Assembly: GCA_963806855.1 (NCBI GenBank) | Contig: CAWDYW010000001.1 | Location: forward strand, 128,001-192,000 | Length of the DNA stretch: 64,000 nucleotides | Reading direction: 5' to 3' | Origin: an uncultured Verrucomicrobiae bacterium | GTDB lineage: Bacteria > Chlamydiota > Chlamydiia > Chlamydiales > Rhabdochlamydiaceae | In this document: piece after piece, positions 32,669-42,486 of the stretch | Position numbering within the stretch: the first letter of the stretch is position 1 | Layout: each line of letters starts with the position of its first letter | Position numbers and translations under genes: made by a program | The notes under the pieces: model-generated | Told to the model about the DNA's origin: nothing | Seen by the model: only the letters and a program-made list of their open reading frames with translations | The model's database searches: none

Positions 32669-32698
32669 TTGACTGATAAAACTGAGTCATGATACAAT
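32669..32698 (+). promoter_or_regulatory. Putative sigma66 promoter of the 32985 gene
   Basis: TTGACT-N18-TACAAT with an extended -10 TG. Confidence 0.5.
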
Positions 32699-32895
32699 AT
32701 TTCCATTTTGAAGCTCTCTCGGCTAAAGCCGAAAGATTCCTGTTTCTTCACTCTGTGCATTGTTGCTGCTTCGGTTTTACGGATCATACCTCGCGGTACG
32801 CCAACTCTATACCTGAGTCAGCAGAGCAACGTCTTAATGGCAGCTCCACAGGCTTTTCCCCCCGACCTTCCGACGGCTCGGTTAAGCAAGTTAAC
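32688..32895 (-). ncRNA. Putative TnpB omega/reRNA with flank-derived guide
   Basis: GCCGTCGGAAGGTCGGGGGGAAAAGCCTGTGGAG...GAAGAAACAGGAATC resembles tnpB 3'-end scaffolds (CCTGT/ACAGG pairing); upstream TTGGAT-N17-TAGTAT; boundaries approximate. Confidence 0.6.
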
Positions 32896-32965
32896 AGGAA
32901 GAATACTAACAAAAGTGCGCATTTTATCCAAGTGCTAAAGCACCTGGTTTTAATGCGTCAACAGG
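32708..32965 (-). mobile_element. Non-autonomous IS200/IS605-type mini-element (left end + omega-RNA-like scaffold + right end; no tnpA/tnpB)
   Basis: Minus strand: TTTAT| then left hairpin CCAGGTGC-TTTA-GCACTTGG; right end GAAT at the foot of hairpin TCTTTCGGC-TTTA-GCCGAGAGA, then GCT-TCAA|. Confidence 0.75.
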
Positions 32966-32984
32966 ATAAAGAATGGGAATAGCA

Positions 32985-33587
32985 ATGTCTTTAATTGAAA
33001 ACCTTACCAATTATGTTGGCCCTGCAATATACCGCGCAGGCCGTCAGAACACACCATTGTATTGCAATTACGATGGTCACGGTTACTGTTGGTGGGAGCT
33101 GAGGCCTGCTGCAGGCGACGGTTTAGGAATGGGCGTAACTGCTCTAGCGCTTAGCAGGTTATTATTGAGTTGGGAAAAGCAACAATTGATTTCGGAAGCA
33201 GCCACGGCGTGCTATCTTATGGCCTGTGGTGCTGGGGCAGTCTCAACTTTCATTACGTCGTCATGGCTAACTGCCGAAATACCTTTTAGCGATTATGGGG
33301 CCTCTTTGATTGAGAAAAATAAATGTAGTCTGACTGGATTAGATGTAGCCGCTGTCGGATTGCTAGCATTAGGCTTATTTTGCGAATTCGTATCAAAGAT
33401 ATCGCCTTCCCGAATTGTTCCAGTTGCACCTCAGCCTGCTCCAGTTGTTCAAGCTCAAGTTGCTCCGGTTGTGCCTAAGGTAGCTCCTGCTGTTCTAAAT
33501 GAAAGCAATGGACCAAGTAGAATCCAAAAGGCTGGAAGGGATGTTTTAAAACAACTTACAGTATTAGTAGAGGCCGAAACAAAATAA
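32985..33587 (+). CDS. Hypothetical membrane protein (Inc-like candidate) with Pro/Val/Ala-rich tail
   Basis: Three hydrophobic segments; VAPQPAPVVQAQVAPVVPKVAP low-complexity region. Confidence 0.6.
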   Translation: MSLIENLTNYVGPAIYRAGRQNTPLYCNYDGHGYCWWELRPAAGDGLGMGVTALALSRLLLSWEKQQLISEAATACYLMACGAGAVSTFITSSWLTAEIPFSDYGASLIEKNKCSLTGLDVAAVGLLALGLFCEFVSKISPSRIVPVAPQPAPVVQAQVAPVVPKVAPAVLNESNGPSRIQKAGRDVLKQLTVLVEAETK

Positions 33588-33616
33588 TTGGCCTCCCTCA
33601 TATAAATGAGACCATA

Positions 33617-33642
33617 CGCCGAGGTTATAGATAATCTCGGCG
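33617..33642. terminator. Hairpin between convergent genes
   Basis: CGCCGAGGTTAT-ag-ATAATCTCGGCG. Confidence 0.6.
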
Positions 33643-33667
33643 ATTATATTTATAGCGCATTTATTGG

Positions 33668-33940
33668 CTAGATTTTAGCAGCGTACTTGCTCTTGAGACG
33701 GCTTGCTTTATTGACTTTAAAGATGCCGCTTTTGACTGCTTTGTCGATCAGCGAATTGAGCGAGTTTAATTCCACTTGCGCTTGATCAGTTTTCTGAGCC
33801 GCTACTTCCTCGAAGGTACGGACCGCAGTCTTAATGCGCGATTTGAATGAGCGGTTTGCCAAACGGCGCTTTTCGTGTTGAAGGTCCCGCTTTAGGGCTG
33901 AGGGACGTCTTACTTTAGCTACTTTTTTTTCTTCTGCCAT
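33668..33940 (-). CDS. rpsT: 30S ribosomal protein S20
   Basis: SALKRDLQHEKRRLANRSFKSRIKTAVR...DKAVKSGIFKVNKASRLKS; true start ATG at 33940. Confidence 0.95.
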   Translation of the reverse strand: MAEEKKVAKVRRPSALKRDLQHEKRRLANRSFKSRIKTAVRTFEEVAAQKTDQAQVELNSLNSLIDKAVKSGIFKVNKASRLKSKYAAKI

Positions 33941-33987
33941 AATTCCTCTGGAATCTAAAGTGATAATCATAGAAAATTCGATGCAAA

Positions 33988-34434
33988 ATGTCAAGGCTAC
34001 TGTGGAAAATCCTATTTCTTGCCGTCGGCGCCCTCGCTCTCTGGAGAGCGATGACCGCCACCCTCGGCCTATGGGAATACTACCGCTATGGGCCTGAAGT
34101 GACGGCTCAGGTCGTCCATTGGGAGCTGCTGCCCAAGGGGTCAAAGTATGCCATTGAAGCGACCTTCACCTATGACTTCCGAGGGACGAGCTATACGACC
34201 CGCGCCGTCTTGGCCAAGCCCTATCATCTCAATCGAGGGTCGGCCGAACAATATATTCAAAAAATGTCTGGCATGAACTGGACCGCATGGGTCGATGCCG
34301 ATAAGCCGCAATATGCCACCTTGGAAAAACATTTCCCGCTCAAAGAGACCGTTTACGCCGTATGCCTTCTTGGGATTCTTCTCTACTTTGTCTACATCCG
34401 TTTTCACCTTGAACTTCTTGAAAGAAGCTCGTGA
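33988..34434 (+). CDS. Membrane protein (DUF3592-like: TM, beta domain, TM)
   Basis: N- and C-terminal TM helices around FTYDFRGTSY...WVDADKP. Confidence 0.55.
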   Translation: MSRLLWKILFLAVGALALWRAMTATLGLWEYYRYGPEVTAQVVHWELLPKGSKYAIEATFTYDFRGTSYTTRAVLAKPYHLNRGSAEQYIQKMSGMNWTAWVDADKPQYATLEKHFPLKETVYAVCLLGILLYFVYIRFHLELLERSS

Positions 34435-35183
34435 AGGCAAGTTAAATAAAACTCTTTTATTCGGATAAGACGCTGCGTTCTCCGCTTAGCAAATGAAAAT
34501 TTTCCTTTCAGGATCAAATCGATCAGATCCCCATCGCAGTAAAGAGGCCATGTCTGCGCCCGTTGCTTCAGCTGGATCGGCCACTGGACCTGAGGAAGCG
34601 GCTGCAGACCCCTTAAATCGACCTGTAGAGGCCTAGATTTGCTCCGCCGCTGCTTTCCCCTAATTTCCTCATGCTGATCGTAAATAGCCCCCTTTCCTTT
34701 GCTGTCCATGTTGGAAAAGTAGCAGGTCTTCGTCCGCAAAAATCTCTCTGTTGAAGTAATTTGTTTTTGATTGTAGGTCTGATCATGCAAAATCCAAACC
34801 ACCTCATACCCCAAGCTCTCATAGTCCCGACAGCGAGCCTTGGCTTCATCGAGCGACATCGGGGAAAATTGGATTTCAAAAATCGTTTTACTCTGATCAT
34901 CGGCCACATCGGCAATACGTCCAATTTCGGGAAAAGATTTTTCCATTTCGGCCGACTCAAACAAATTTTTAACGAAATACTGTAGTTGCAAGTGGATCAT
35001 CCCTTTCTGCGAGAGGCGGCAGGTGGGATTGAGCTTAAGATGGAAAAAGTGGGGCTGCCGCTGCTCCCCTCGGCGCAACCGGACAATCCCTCGGCATTCG
35101 GGACAGCAATAATTTATCCCTTTATCGGCTTCCGCAGCCAAAAGTGGACGATTTTCATCAAAGGCGTAGACTTGCATCGGCAA
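34404..35183 (-). CDS. coiA: Competence protein CoiA-family nuclease
   Basis: YCCPEC..PHFFH zinc motif; [13 protein letters not shown] nuclease motif; Y..LGYEVVWI. Confidence 0.85.
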   Translation of the reverse strand: MPMQVYAFDENRPLLAAEADKGINYCCPECRGIVRLRRGEQRQPHFFHLKLNPTCRLSQKGMIHLQLQYFVKNLFESAEMEKSFPEIGRIADVADDQSKTIFEIQFSPMSLDEAKARCRDYESLGYEVVWILHDQTYNQKQITSTERFLRTKTCYFSNMDSKGKGAIYDQHEEIRGKQRRSKSRPLQVDLRGLQPLPQVQWPIQLKQRAQTWPLYCDGDLIDLILKGKFSFAKRRTQRLIRIKEFYLTCLHELLSRSSR

Positions 35184-35226
35184 TTTTACTATAATTTTAA
35201 TCGATTTTGGATTATATCATAACATC

Positions 35227-36910
35227 ATGACCAAAGAAGTAGAAACATCTCCGGCCTATTCAGCACTTTTTAATCAACAGCATCAGCAGAAGATCGAAGA
35301 GCTGGTCACCCTAGCCAAAGACCAGGGCTTCATCACCTACGAAGAGATCAACGAGATCCTGCCGATGAGCTTTGATTCGGCTGAGCAGATCGACCAGGTG
35401 CTCATTTTCCTCAGCGGAATGGACATCCAGATCCTCAACCAAGCCGAAGTCGAGCGGCAAAAAGAGCGGAAAAAAGAGGCCAAAGAGCTCGAAGGGATTT
35501 CCCAAGCGAGCCGAAGGCTCCTCTGACGACCCTGTCCGGATGTACCTCAAAGAGATGGGCTCGGTCCCCCTCCTGACTCGCGAAGAGGAAGTGGAGATCT
35601 CCAAGCGGATCGAAAAAGCGCAGATCCAAGATCGAGCGCATCATCATGCGCTTCCGCTACTCGACACGCGAAGCGATCTCGATTGCCAACTATCTCACTC
35701 ACCGGAAAAGAGCGTTTCGACAAATCGATCGCAGAAAAAGAAGTAGAAGACAAACAAAGCTACCTCACCCTCCTCCCCAAGCTGATCGAGCTGTTAATCA
35801 GCGAAGATAAAGTCTCAGGAAGGATTGCTCATACAAATGCGCGATCCCAAGCTGAAAAAAGCTGATAAACTCAAAGTCTCCGAAGATATCGAAAAGTGCC
35901 GCATCCGCACGCAAGCCTATTTGCGCCGCATGCATTTCCGTCACAATATCATCGAAGACTTTGGCGAAGTGATCATGGATGCTTATGACCGCTTCATCGT
36001 CCTCGAAAAAGAGATCCAAGAGCTCACACCTCGCGCTGAGAAGAATAAATTTGCCGCCGCCAAACTGGCCGCCGTACAGCGCAAACTGCAAAAGCGGGAA
36101 CTGGCCGCCGGGCGCAGCATCGAAGAGTTTAAAAAAGATGTCCGCATGCTGCAGCGCTGGATGGATAAGAGCCAAGAAGCCAAGCGCGAAATGGTCGAAT
36201 CCAACCTCCGCCTGGTCATCTCCATTGCGAAAAAATACACCAACCGCGGCCTCTCCTTCCTCGACCTCATCCAAGAAGGAAACATGGGCCTGATGAAGGC
36301 CGTCGAAAAATTCGAATACCGCCGCGGATATAAATTCTCAACTTACGCCACTTGGTGGATTCGCCAAGCAGTCACTCGTGCGATCGCCGACCAAGCCCGC
36401 ACGATCCGTATCCCCGTCCACATGATCGAAACGATCAACAAAGTGCTGCGAGGCGCTAAAAAATTGATGATGGAAACCGGTCGCGAGCCAACGCCAGAAG
36501 AACTGGCGCATGAGCTCGGCTTGACACCTGAACGGGTACGCGAGATTTACAAAATCGCCCAGCATCCCATCTCGCTTCAAGCCGAAGTGGGAGAAGGTGG
36601 CGAGAGCCAATTTGGCGACTTCCTCGAAGATACCACCATCGAATCGCCCGCGGAAGCGACCGGCTATTCGATCCTCAAAGACAAGATGAACGAGGTTCTC
36701 TCGACCCTAACAGATCGAGAGCGGACCGTTCTGATTGAGCGCTTTGGCCTCCTCGATGGGAAGCCTAAGACCCTCGAAGAAGTGGGCATGCGCTTTAAAG
36801 TGACCCGCGAACGGGTGCGCCAAATCGAAGCCAAAGCGCTCCGCAAGATGCGCCATCCGACACGCGCTAAGCAACTTCAAGCCTTTCTCGATCTTCTCGA
36901 AGAGGAGTAG
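35227..36910 (+). CDS. rpoD: RNA polymerase major sigma factor (sigma66); 3-4 frameshifts between about 35500 and 35820
   Basis: [71 protein letters not shown]. Confidence 0.96.
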
Positions 36911-36911
36911 G

Positions 36912-36946
36912 AGGGGGTCTACAAACTCGGTTTCAGACCCCCTTTA
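36912..36946 (+). terminator. Hairpin after rpoD
   Basis: AGGGGGTCT...AGACCCCCT followed by T. Confidence 0.6.
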
Positions 36947-37041
36947 AATTTGAATAGCTCTAAGAAATTAATTTAGATAGCGAAAATTCCCGCCAAGATG
37001 TTAAAATCTTATAAAGATAAAACATAATAAGGAGGCAGGAC

Positions 37042-38106
37042 ATGCCATCAATAGTAGAGCCAACAGCAACCATAAGACTTGAAATTCCCCAGTCGGAATT
37101 TAATAAGTACATTCAAACTTCTAATCCCACTAAAACCGAAGAACCCACTTGGGCTGCAACCGTAAAAGGTGCAATCGTCACAGCAGGCTTACTTGCAGTT
37201 GCCGGATATGCAGTTTCTCAAAACTGGGAATCCATCTACATGGCAGGTGCTAATTCCTGTTTCAATCGAGTTCTAACGCAATGTGCACAAAAGCTTGTCA
37301 ACCAAGCTTTCGATCAAACTTCAGCACTTCCTTTGATTGGTCCAGGCTCTCCTAGAATTTTCGAGACCATCACGACCTCTTTGTTTGGGGCAGCTGGAAA
37401 ATTGGCTAGTTTTGCTTACGATAATCCTAGAGTCACCGCCACAGCGATCAGCGTATATAGTTTAGTTAAGGACAGCCTTGCGATTCAATTTGCTCTTGGA
37501 ACCATCCTTGCTGCAGCGGTCATTACGCCGGTCAAATATACAGCAAGTGCGATGAAAGCAGCCGTATGGCCAAAGAATGGCTCTTCTACAACTGTTAAAG
37601 TGGTCAAAGTAGCGGCCCTTGCAGCGGTCGTTTTAGCCGGATTTTATGCTGCTGGTTACTTGGAGCAGATGCAGAAATTAGCTAAGGAATTTACTTGTCC
37701 TAAGAGCGTCACCATTGTGCCAGAATCGGTATACACCAATGGGACCCAGGCTCTAAGCTATAAAACGCCTTCCGATATCGCTACTGCAACTCCAAGTGCT
37801 CTTGCAACAGCCGCAGAAAAATTCGGTGCGTTAGTCGGCTTGACACCTAGCACTCCACAATCAGAAATTGTGCAGCAGGTGAAAGCCGCGCTTCAGCCCC
37901 TTGCTGAAAAAGCAAAGCTTACAGAACCCACTTTCAAAGCGACGGAAGAAACATTCGAAACTATTGGCAAAAAGATCGGCGATGCTGCCATCGTGCACAA
38001 TATATGGTTAGCATTTCAAAATATCGCCCTACCTGCTGCAGGTGCGGTATTTGGACTTGGCGCAATGATCATGAATTTCCAAGCCAGAAGAGTAGTAGTC
38101 CGCTAA
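37042..38106 (+). CDS. Hypothetical Ala/Thr-rich multi-TM protein (Inc-like/effector candidate)
   Basis: AAGGAGG SD; intact 354-aa ORF with several hydrophobic segments. Confidence 0.7.
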   Translation: MPSIVEPTATIRLEIPQSEFNKYIQTSNPTKTEEPTWAATVKGAIVTAGLLAVAGYAVSQNWESIYMAGANSCFNRVLTQCAQKLVNQAFDQTSALPLIGPGSPRIFETITTSLFGAAGKLASFAYDNPRVTATAISVYSLVKDSLAIQFALGTILAAAVITPVKYTASAMKAAVWPKNGSSTTVKVVKVAALAAVVLAGFYAAGYLEQMQKLAKEFTCPKSVTIVPESVYTNGTQALSYKTPSDIATATPSALATAAEKFGALVGLTPSTPQSEIVQQVKAALQPLAEKAKLTEPTFKATEETFETIGKKIGDAAIVHNIWLAFQNIALPAAGAVFGLGAMIMNFQARRVVVR

Positions 38107-38135
38107 TCATCTAGTTTCACAATGATTCCCATTCT

Positions 38136-38170
38136 GGGCTAAACTCAATCGAGTTTAGCCCTATTTTTTT
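38136..38170 (+). terminator. Rho-independent terminator
   Basis: GGGCTAAACTC-aatc-GAGTTTAGCCC followed by TATTTTTTT. Confidence 0.85.
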
Positions 38171-38271
38171 GTCCAAATTCCCTGAAGGCGAGCCTGCAAT
38201 ATTCTTGCGTAGATCGGGGCTCTTTTGCTATGGTATTGCGCTCTCTTTAACCTTTGAAGGAATACCGAGTT

Positions 38272-38946
38272 ATGAAAAAAGCGTTCATTTTAGTTCTGCT
38301 CTTCTTAACCATTGCATTACACAGTTATGATGCCCGATGGGAAATGTACAAAGCCAAAGCGCTGCCAGAGTTATCCAATATCGATGGTTGGTGCAGTCAA
38401 GATAAAGCTCAAAACATGATGGATCTAATTTATCGAACCCGCCCCCAAATTTGCGTCGAAATCGGGGTTTATGGAGGGTCTTCAATTTACCCAACTGCAT
38501 GTGCTTTAGGATATTTAAAAACTGGAGTTGTTTATGCAATTGATCCATGGGACAATACAAAATGCACTGAAGGTTATGCTCAAGGCAATAAACATTATGA
38601 TTGGTGCGAAATTGATTTAGAAAAAATTTATTCCAACTTTCTCAATATGCTCAAAAAATACAGTTTGCGTAAGCATTGTTATGTCATGCGCATGACCTCT
38701 GAGCAAGCTTGCGATTACTTTCTCGAGGGGAGCATCGATATTCTCCACATAGATGGGAATCACACAGAGGACTCAGCTTATAGAGATGCCCTACTCTATC
38801 TACCAAAGGTAAAAAGAGGGGGATACATTTGGTTTGCTGATGTGAATTGGAAGAGCACGACAAGGGCCATCGAATTGCTCAGCGATTACTGCGATGAAAT
38901 TCCTGAAATGTTCGTGGATAATTGCATCTTGTTCCGGAAGAGATGA
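38272..38946 (+). CDS. Class I SAM methyltransferase (Methyltransf_24-like) with signal peptide
   Basis: VEIGVYGGSS, AIDPW, IDILHIDGNH; N-terminus MKKAFILVLLFLTIALHS. Confidence 0.85.
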   Translation: MKKAFILVLLFLTIALHSYDARWEMYKAKALPELSNIDGWCSQDKAQNMMDLIYRTRPQICVEIGVYGGSSIYPTACALGYLKTGVVYAIDPWDNTKCTEGYAQGNKHYDWCEIDLEKIYSNFLNMLKKYSLRKHCYVMRMTSEQACDYFLEGSIDILHIDGNHTEDSAYRDALLYLPKVKRGGYIWFADVNWKSTTRAIELLSDYCDEIPEMFVDNCILFRKR

Positions 38947-38989
38947 TAGTTTTTTTAGCGCTTTCTTTAGTAAAAATGTTATCTTTTTC

Positions 38990-39961
38990 CTATTCAGAGA
39001 GATCGATTTTTAGCCTTGGATAGATTTTGCTGAGCATATGCTCATAAAGTATCTTAAATTGATTTAAATCAAGACCATCTCGAGTCCGATATAAGATCAC
39101 TTTATCGCTTGCTTTATCGAAGTAGTAGGTTGCTTCTTGCAGAGAATGGACAGGTGTTAGAAGAGCGCCATATTTGCTTAGCCGTTTAGTATCAAGTGAA
39201 TTTATGCACATCAATTGACGGACGCCTGATGGAAGAGAAGGACAACAATGAAAGGGATTCCGCTTTCCATGGGGCCAAACTCCAGTTGCAAGAGCAGTAA
39301 GAGCGGCATCATCGGAATGATTGGGATCGATCAATTCCTCTCCAGCTTGTTTTAAGCGATTGTATTCACGTATGATATGAGCCTTCACATCGGCAGTAAA
39401 AATCATGGCATATCCAATTGCGTACCATTGCTTTTCCCACAATGGGGTTGTAAATTGGCTTTGAGGGTGCGTTTCGGCATAATCGGCAACAGCAGCTAGA
39501 TTGAAGAAGGTATTAATGTTGGTTCGAATATAATGGGTATAGTTATTCCCAAGCCATTCCAAGGCCCTAACCGTCTTAAGAAGAATTTGATCATGGCCTG
39601 TTTGCTCTGTCCATGGATCCCCCACAAAGATCGTATTTCCTTCGAGCCAGACCTGCTCGGGAGTATCTTTTCTGGGACTTGTGCATTGGATAAAATAGCA
39701 ATCGACATTGGGATGGCTATTCATGTACTGCTCCCAAACTTTCTTCCCCAACTTCCATCTGCGTTCTGCTGGACCATCATTAAAAATTAGAGGAGCAATG
39801 ATTAAAATTGCAGTCCGTGCTGGTCGTCTTTCGGTAGGTTCGAGGAGTTTAGTGCTATCCCAACGTTTTAAACCGCGCGTGGTTTTTGAATGATTTTTGG
39901 CTGAAGCCTGCGGGAGAAATAGAATGATTTGAAGTGCCAAAATTAATATTAGTTTAAACAT
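38990..39961 (-). CDS. Signal-peptide protein, probable GT-A glycosyltransferase (GT31-like); paralog of 42487-43452
   Basis: ILLKT..ALEW..YTHYIRTNINTF, GYAMIF..D, SDD; shares RPARTAILII and RWKLGKKVWEQYMNSHP with the paralog. Confidence 0.6.
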   Translation of the reverse strand: MFKLILILALQIILFLPQASAKNHSKTTRGLKRWDSTKLLEPTERRPARTAILIIAPLIFNDGPAERRWKLGKKVWEQYMNSHPNVDCYFIQCTSPRKDTPEQVWLEGNTIFVGDPWTEQTGHDQILLKTVRALEWLGNNYTHYIRTNINTFFNLAAVADYAETHPQSQFTTPLWEKQWYAIGYAMIFTADVKAHIIREYNRLKQAGEELIDPNHSDDAALTALATGVWPHGKRNPFHCCPSLPSGVRQLMCINSLDTKRLSKYGALLTPVHSLQEATYYFDKASDKVILYRTRDGLDLNQFKILYEHMLSKIYPRLKIDLSE

Positions 39962-40151
39962 CTGTAGGAATTCCTGAGTTGTTTCGGTATAGGCTTTCAG
40001 TCATTTGAATTTTTTAGGATTTTTTGCATCCGAAATACTACCATTCTCCAGCTATTTTAACCAATTTTTTTTAGACCTTGGCATTTTTTTTGTTGCGCTG
40101 CTTTACATTTTTTTGCTAGCCTCGCTCAAACTGCAAGTATAGAGGACTTCC

Positions 40152-41492
40152 ATGCGATTACTTTTCTCATTGGCGATTGTTTTTTTATTGGGCATACTTC
40201 AACAGGCTAATGCTATCGATCATCATAGAGCGCGTTATAGACCTGAGGGATATAGGCAGCCTCAAGTTAACCCGATATCCTTTCAAATTGATTACAAGGA
40301 AACAAGTAGTGAATTGTGCATGATCGGAGCAAAGTATGATACCGATAAATCATCGCAGCGTCAAAATGTCACAAATTCAAGACACTGCCATCCTTACACA
40401 CTATTTTATCATTCATTGTTCAGAGACAAAAGAGATGACGATCTTGACATCGCTGAATTAGGCATACTTTATGGATCATCTTTACTGATGTGGAGAGAGT
40501 ATTTCACCAAGGCAAGAATATATGGATTCGAGTACGACCCTGCATTAATCGACTCCTTTAAAAGGAATTATGATAATGATCGCATTTTCTTATTCCCCCT
40601 CAACGTTCATGAAACCACAAATATCGTAGAGGCATTTGAGTCCGTGGGTAAACAATACGATTTGATTATCGAAGACACTACTCACCAGTTTGAAGATCAG
40701 ATAAGAGTCATATTAAATGCCTATCGTTATTTAAAACCTGGTGGGATGCTCATCGTCGAAGATATATTCAAGTCTTATAAGGAACAAGACTATATAGAGA
40801 GACTAAGACCTATCTTACATGAATTTCAGGACTTTTATTTTGTTTCCATGGATCATGTAAATAGAAATTCAACTGGATGGGACAATGATAAACTATTTGT
40901 ATTGGTGAAAGCAGGAGCTAAGCCTATTTTCAAGAACAAAAAGAAAATGACAATTATCACCCCTTCTATTCGCCCATTTAACCTGACAAAATTAAAAGCA
41001 TCGATAGATTTTAATTATGTGGATGAATGGATTATCGTTTACGATGGAAGTAAGATATCCAAGAATCCACATATTTTTGCTCAGGCAGGAAATCCAAAAA
41101 TTAAGGAATACCTTTATCGAGGAGAAGGGAGGAGTGGAAATCCTCAACGCAACTATGCACTTGATCATATTGAGAACGAAGATACCTATTTGTATTTTCT
41201 AGATGACGACAATTTAATACATAAAGATTTATATAGACTCCTCAATATTATAGATGATGGGAGGATTTATTCCTTTGATCAGAAAGATAGAATGTTTGGC
41301 ACTAATATCACAGGCTCGATGGACTCTGCAATATTTTTGGTTGACTTCAAGCTCTGCAAGGATATTCGATGGGACTTATATACCTACGGTGCCGATTTAA
41401 TTTATATTAGAGATTGTTATTTAAACAACAAAAGTCAATGGGTGTACGTCCACAACGTCCTAAGCACTTATAATGTGTTACCGCGCGGGTAA
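40152..41492 (+). CDS. Methyltransferase-glycosyltransferase (GT-A) fusion with signal peptide
   Basis: KYDTDK, AELGI..GSSL.MW.EYF, LKPGGMLIVED; C-terminal TIITPSIR, GNPQRNYALD, YFLDDDN. Confidence 0.8.
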   Translation: MRLLFSLAIVFLLGILQQANAIDHHRARYRPEGYRQPQVNPISFQIDYKETSSELCMIGAKYDTDKSSQRQNVTNSRHCHPYTLFYHSLFRDKRDDDLDIAELGILYGSSLLMWREYFTKARIYGFEYDPALIDSFKRNYDNDRIFLFPLNVHETTNIVEAFESVGKQYDLIIEDTTHQFEDQIRVILNAYRYLKPGGMLIVEDIFKSYKEQDYIERLRPILHEFQDFYFVSMDHVNRNSTGWDNDKLFVLVKAGAKPIFKNKKKMTIITPSIRPFNLTKLKASIDFNYVDEWIIVYDGSKISKNPHIFAQAGNPKIKEYLYRGEGRSGNPQRNYALDHIENEDTYLYFLDDDNLIHKDLYRLLNIIDDGRIYSFDQKDRMFGTNITGSMDSAIFLVDFKLCKDIRWDLYTYGADLIYIRDCYLNNKSQWVYVHNVLSTYNVLPRG

Positions 41493-41543
41493 CTCAAACA
41501 AACTGAAAAGTTGGTTTTCGGCGGTGTCGGCATTCCCAGCTTA

Positions 41544-42422
41544 TCAATCAATTTCGGTATAATTCATCCTCTCTCTGAGTTTTGGGACAAATCGTTGAAT
41601 TGTAAAATCCTCGGTCTCATTAAAAAGGGGATATTGCTTAATTATAGTTTCAGCTTGCCCTCTTAACTGGATTTGTCTAGGTACTTTTACGTTCCAAAAG
41701 TAGCTGTTATCACGAGTATAATAATGATTGATTTTTAGTTTGTCGAATAGAACTGGGATGTTATGAGGTCCGAGGAATTTCTCTTTGTCTGTATTCACTT
41801 GGAAAAATCCATCTTTGTATTTAGCAATATGAGGATGAGGGTAAGTGATGACACGATCAGGCTGAACTATACTTTTGATATGAGAATTTAATTCTGCTGA
41901 AGAACAGCAAATTAACTGTTCGATCATCAATCTTTCTGGCGTGAGAACATCTATATTTGAAGTGCCGAATACATGCCAATTTGGGCAAACGCCACCAAAT
42001 TCTTCATAGTCTTTAAGCAATTCAACTAAGGAATCGTGATGGACAGGTACAAGAAATTCATCCGAATCAATGAAAGCTACCCACTTACTAATGCCTCGCG
42101 ATTTCTCAATGATATCACTAAAATGGCCACGTTGTAACAGGCGGAAGAAACCATGATGCCGTTTGTCTGGATCATCCTCGATAAATTCCTTTAATTCGAC
42201 AATCCCCTCACTAATATAAGGCTCTAAAACCTCCCTGTAATGATCCTTGCTGGAATGATTGCATAAGTAGAAATGCTCCACTCCGACTAAACGATGGAAT
42301 TCAATCCACTCTTTCAAGTAAGGCGCCTCATCGCGAAATATCATGCAGACAGATAACTCATATTGGTAGCCAAAGCATACCGAAGTAATTAAGAAAAAAA
42401 AGCACACAAATTTACTCATCAT
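41544..42422 (-). CDS. Glycosyltransferase family 92-like protein with signal peptide
   Basis: LSVCMIFRDEAPYLKEWIEFH..GVEHFYL, WVAFIDSDEF, INHYY; likely start at 42422 or 42419. Confidence 0.85.
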   Translation of the reverse strand: MMSKFVCFFFLITSVCFGYQYELSVCMIFRDEAPYLKEWIEFHRLVGVEHFYLCNHSSKDHYREVLEPYISEGIVELKEFIEDDPDKRHHGFFRLLQRGHFSDIIEKSRGISKWVAFIDSDEFLVPVHHDSLVELLKDYEEFGGVCPNWHVFGTSNIDVLTPERLMIEQLICCSSAELNSHIKSIVQPDRVITYPHPHIAKYKDGFFQVNTDKEKFLGPHNIPVLFDKLKINHYYTRDNSYFWNVKVPRQIQLRGQAETIIKQYPLFNETEDFTIQRFVPKLRERMNYTEID

Positions 42423-42486
42423 TACTACAGTATACAGAAAATGGAGAATATGTGTATATTGTCTTCTCTTAATACATCGGAGGAAC

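Noticed and set aside
32689..32982. ORF-track ORFs 32689-32982 and 32708-32938
   Set aside because: No recognisable protein features; they lie antisense across the IS200/IS605-type mini-element.
33941..34144. N-terminal extension of S20 in the ORF track (158 aa)
   Set aside because: It overlaps the divergent 33988 gene; S20 similarity starts at ATG 33940.
38960..38988. Similarity to the TVP38 upstream region near 49000-49035 (TTCTTTAG...AAAATGTTATCTTT)
   Set aside because: Short and AT-rich; chance cannot be excluded.
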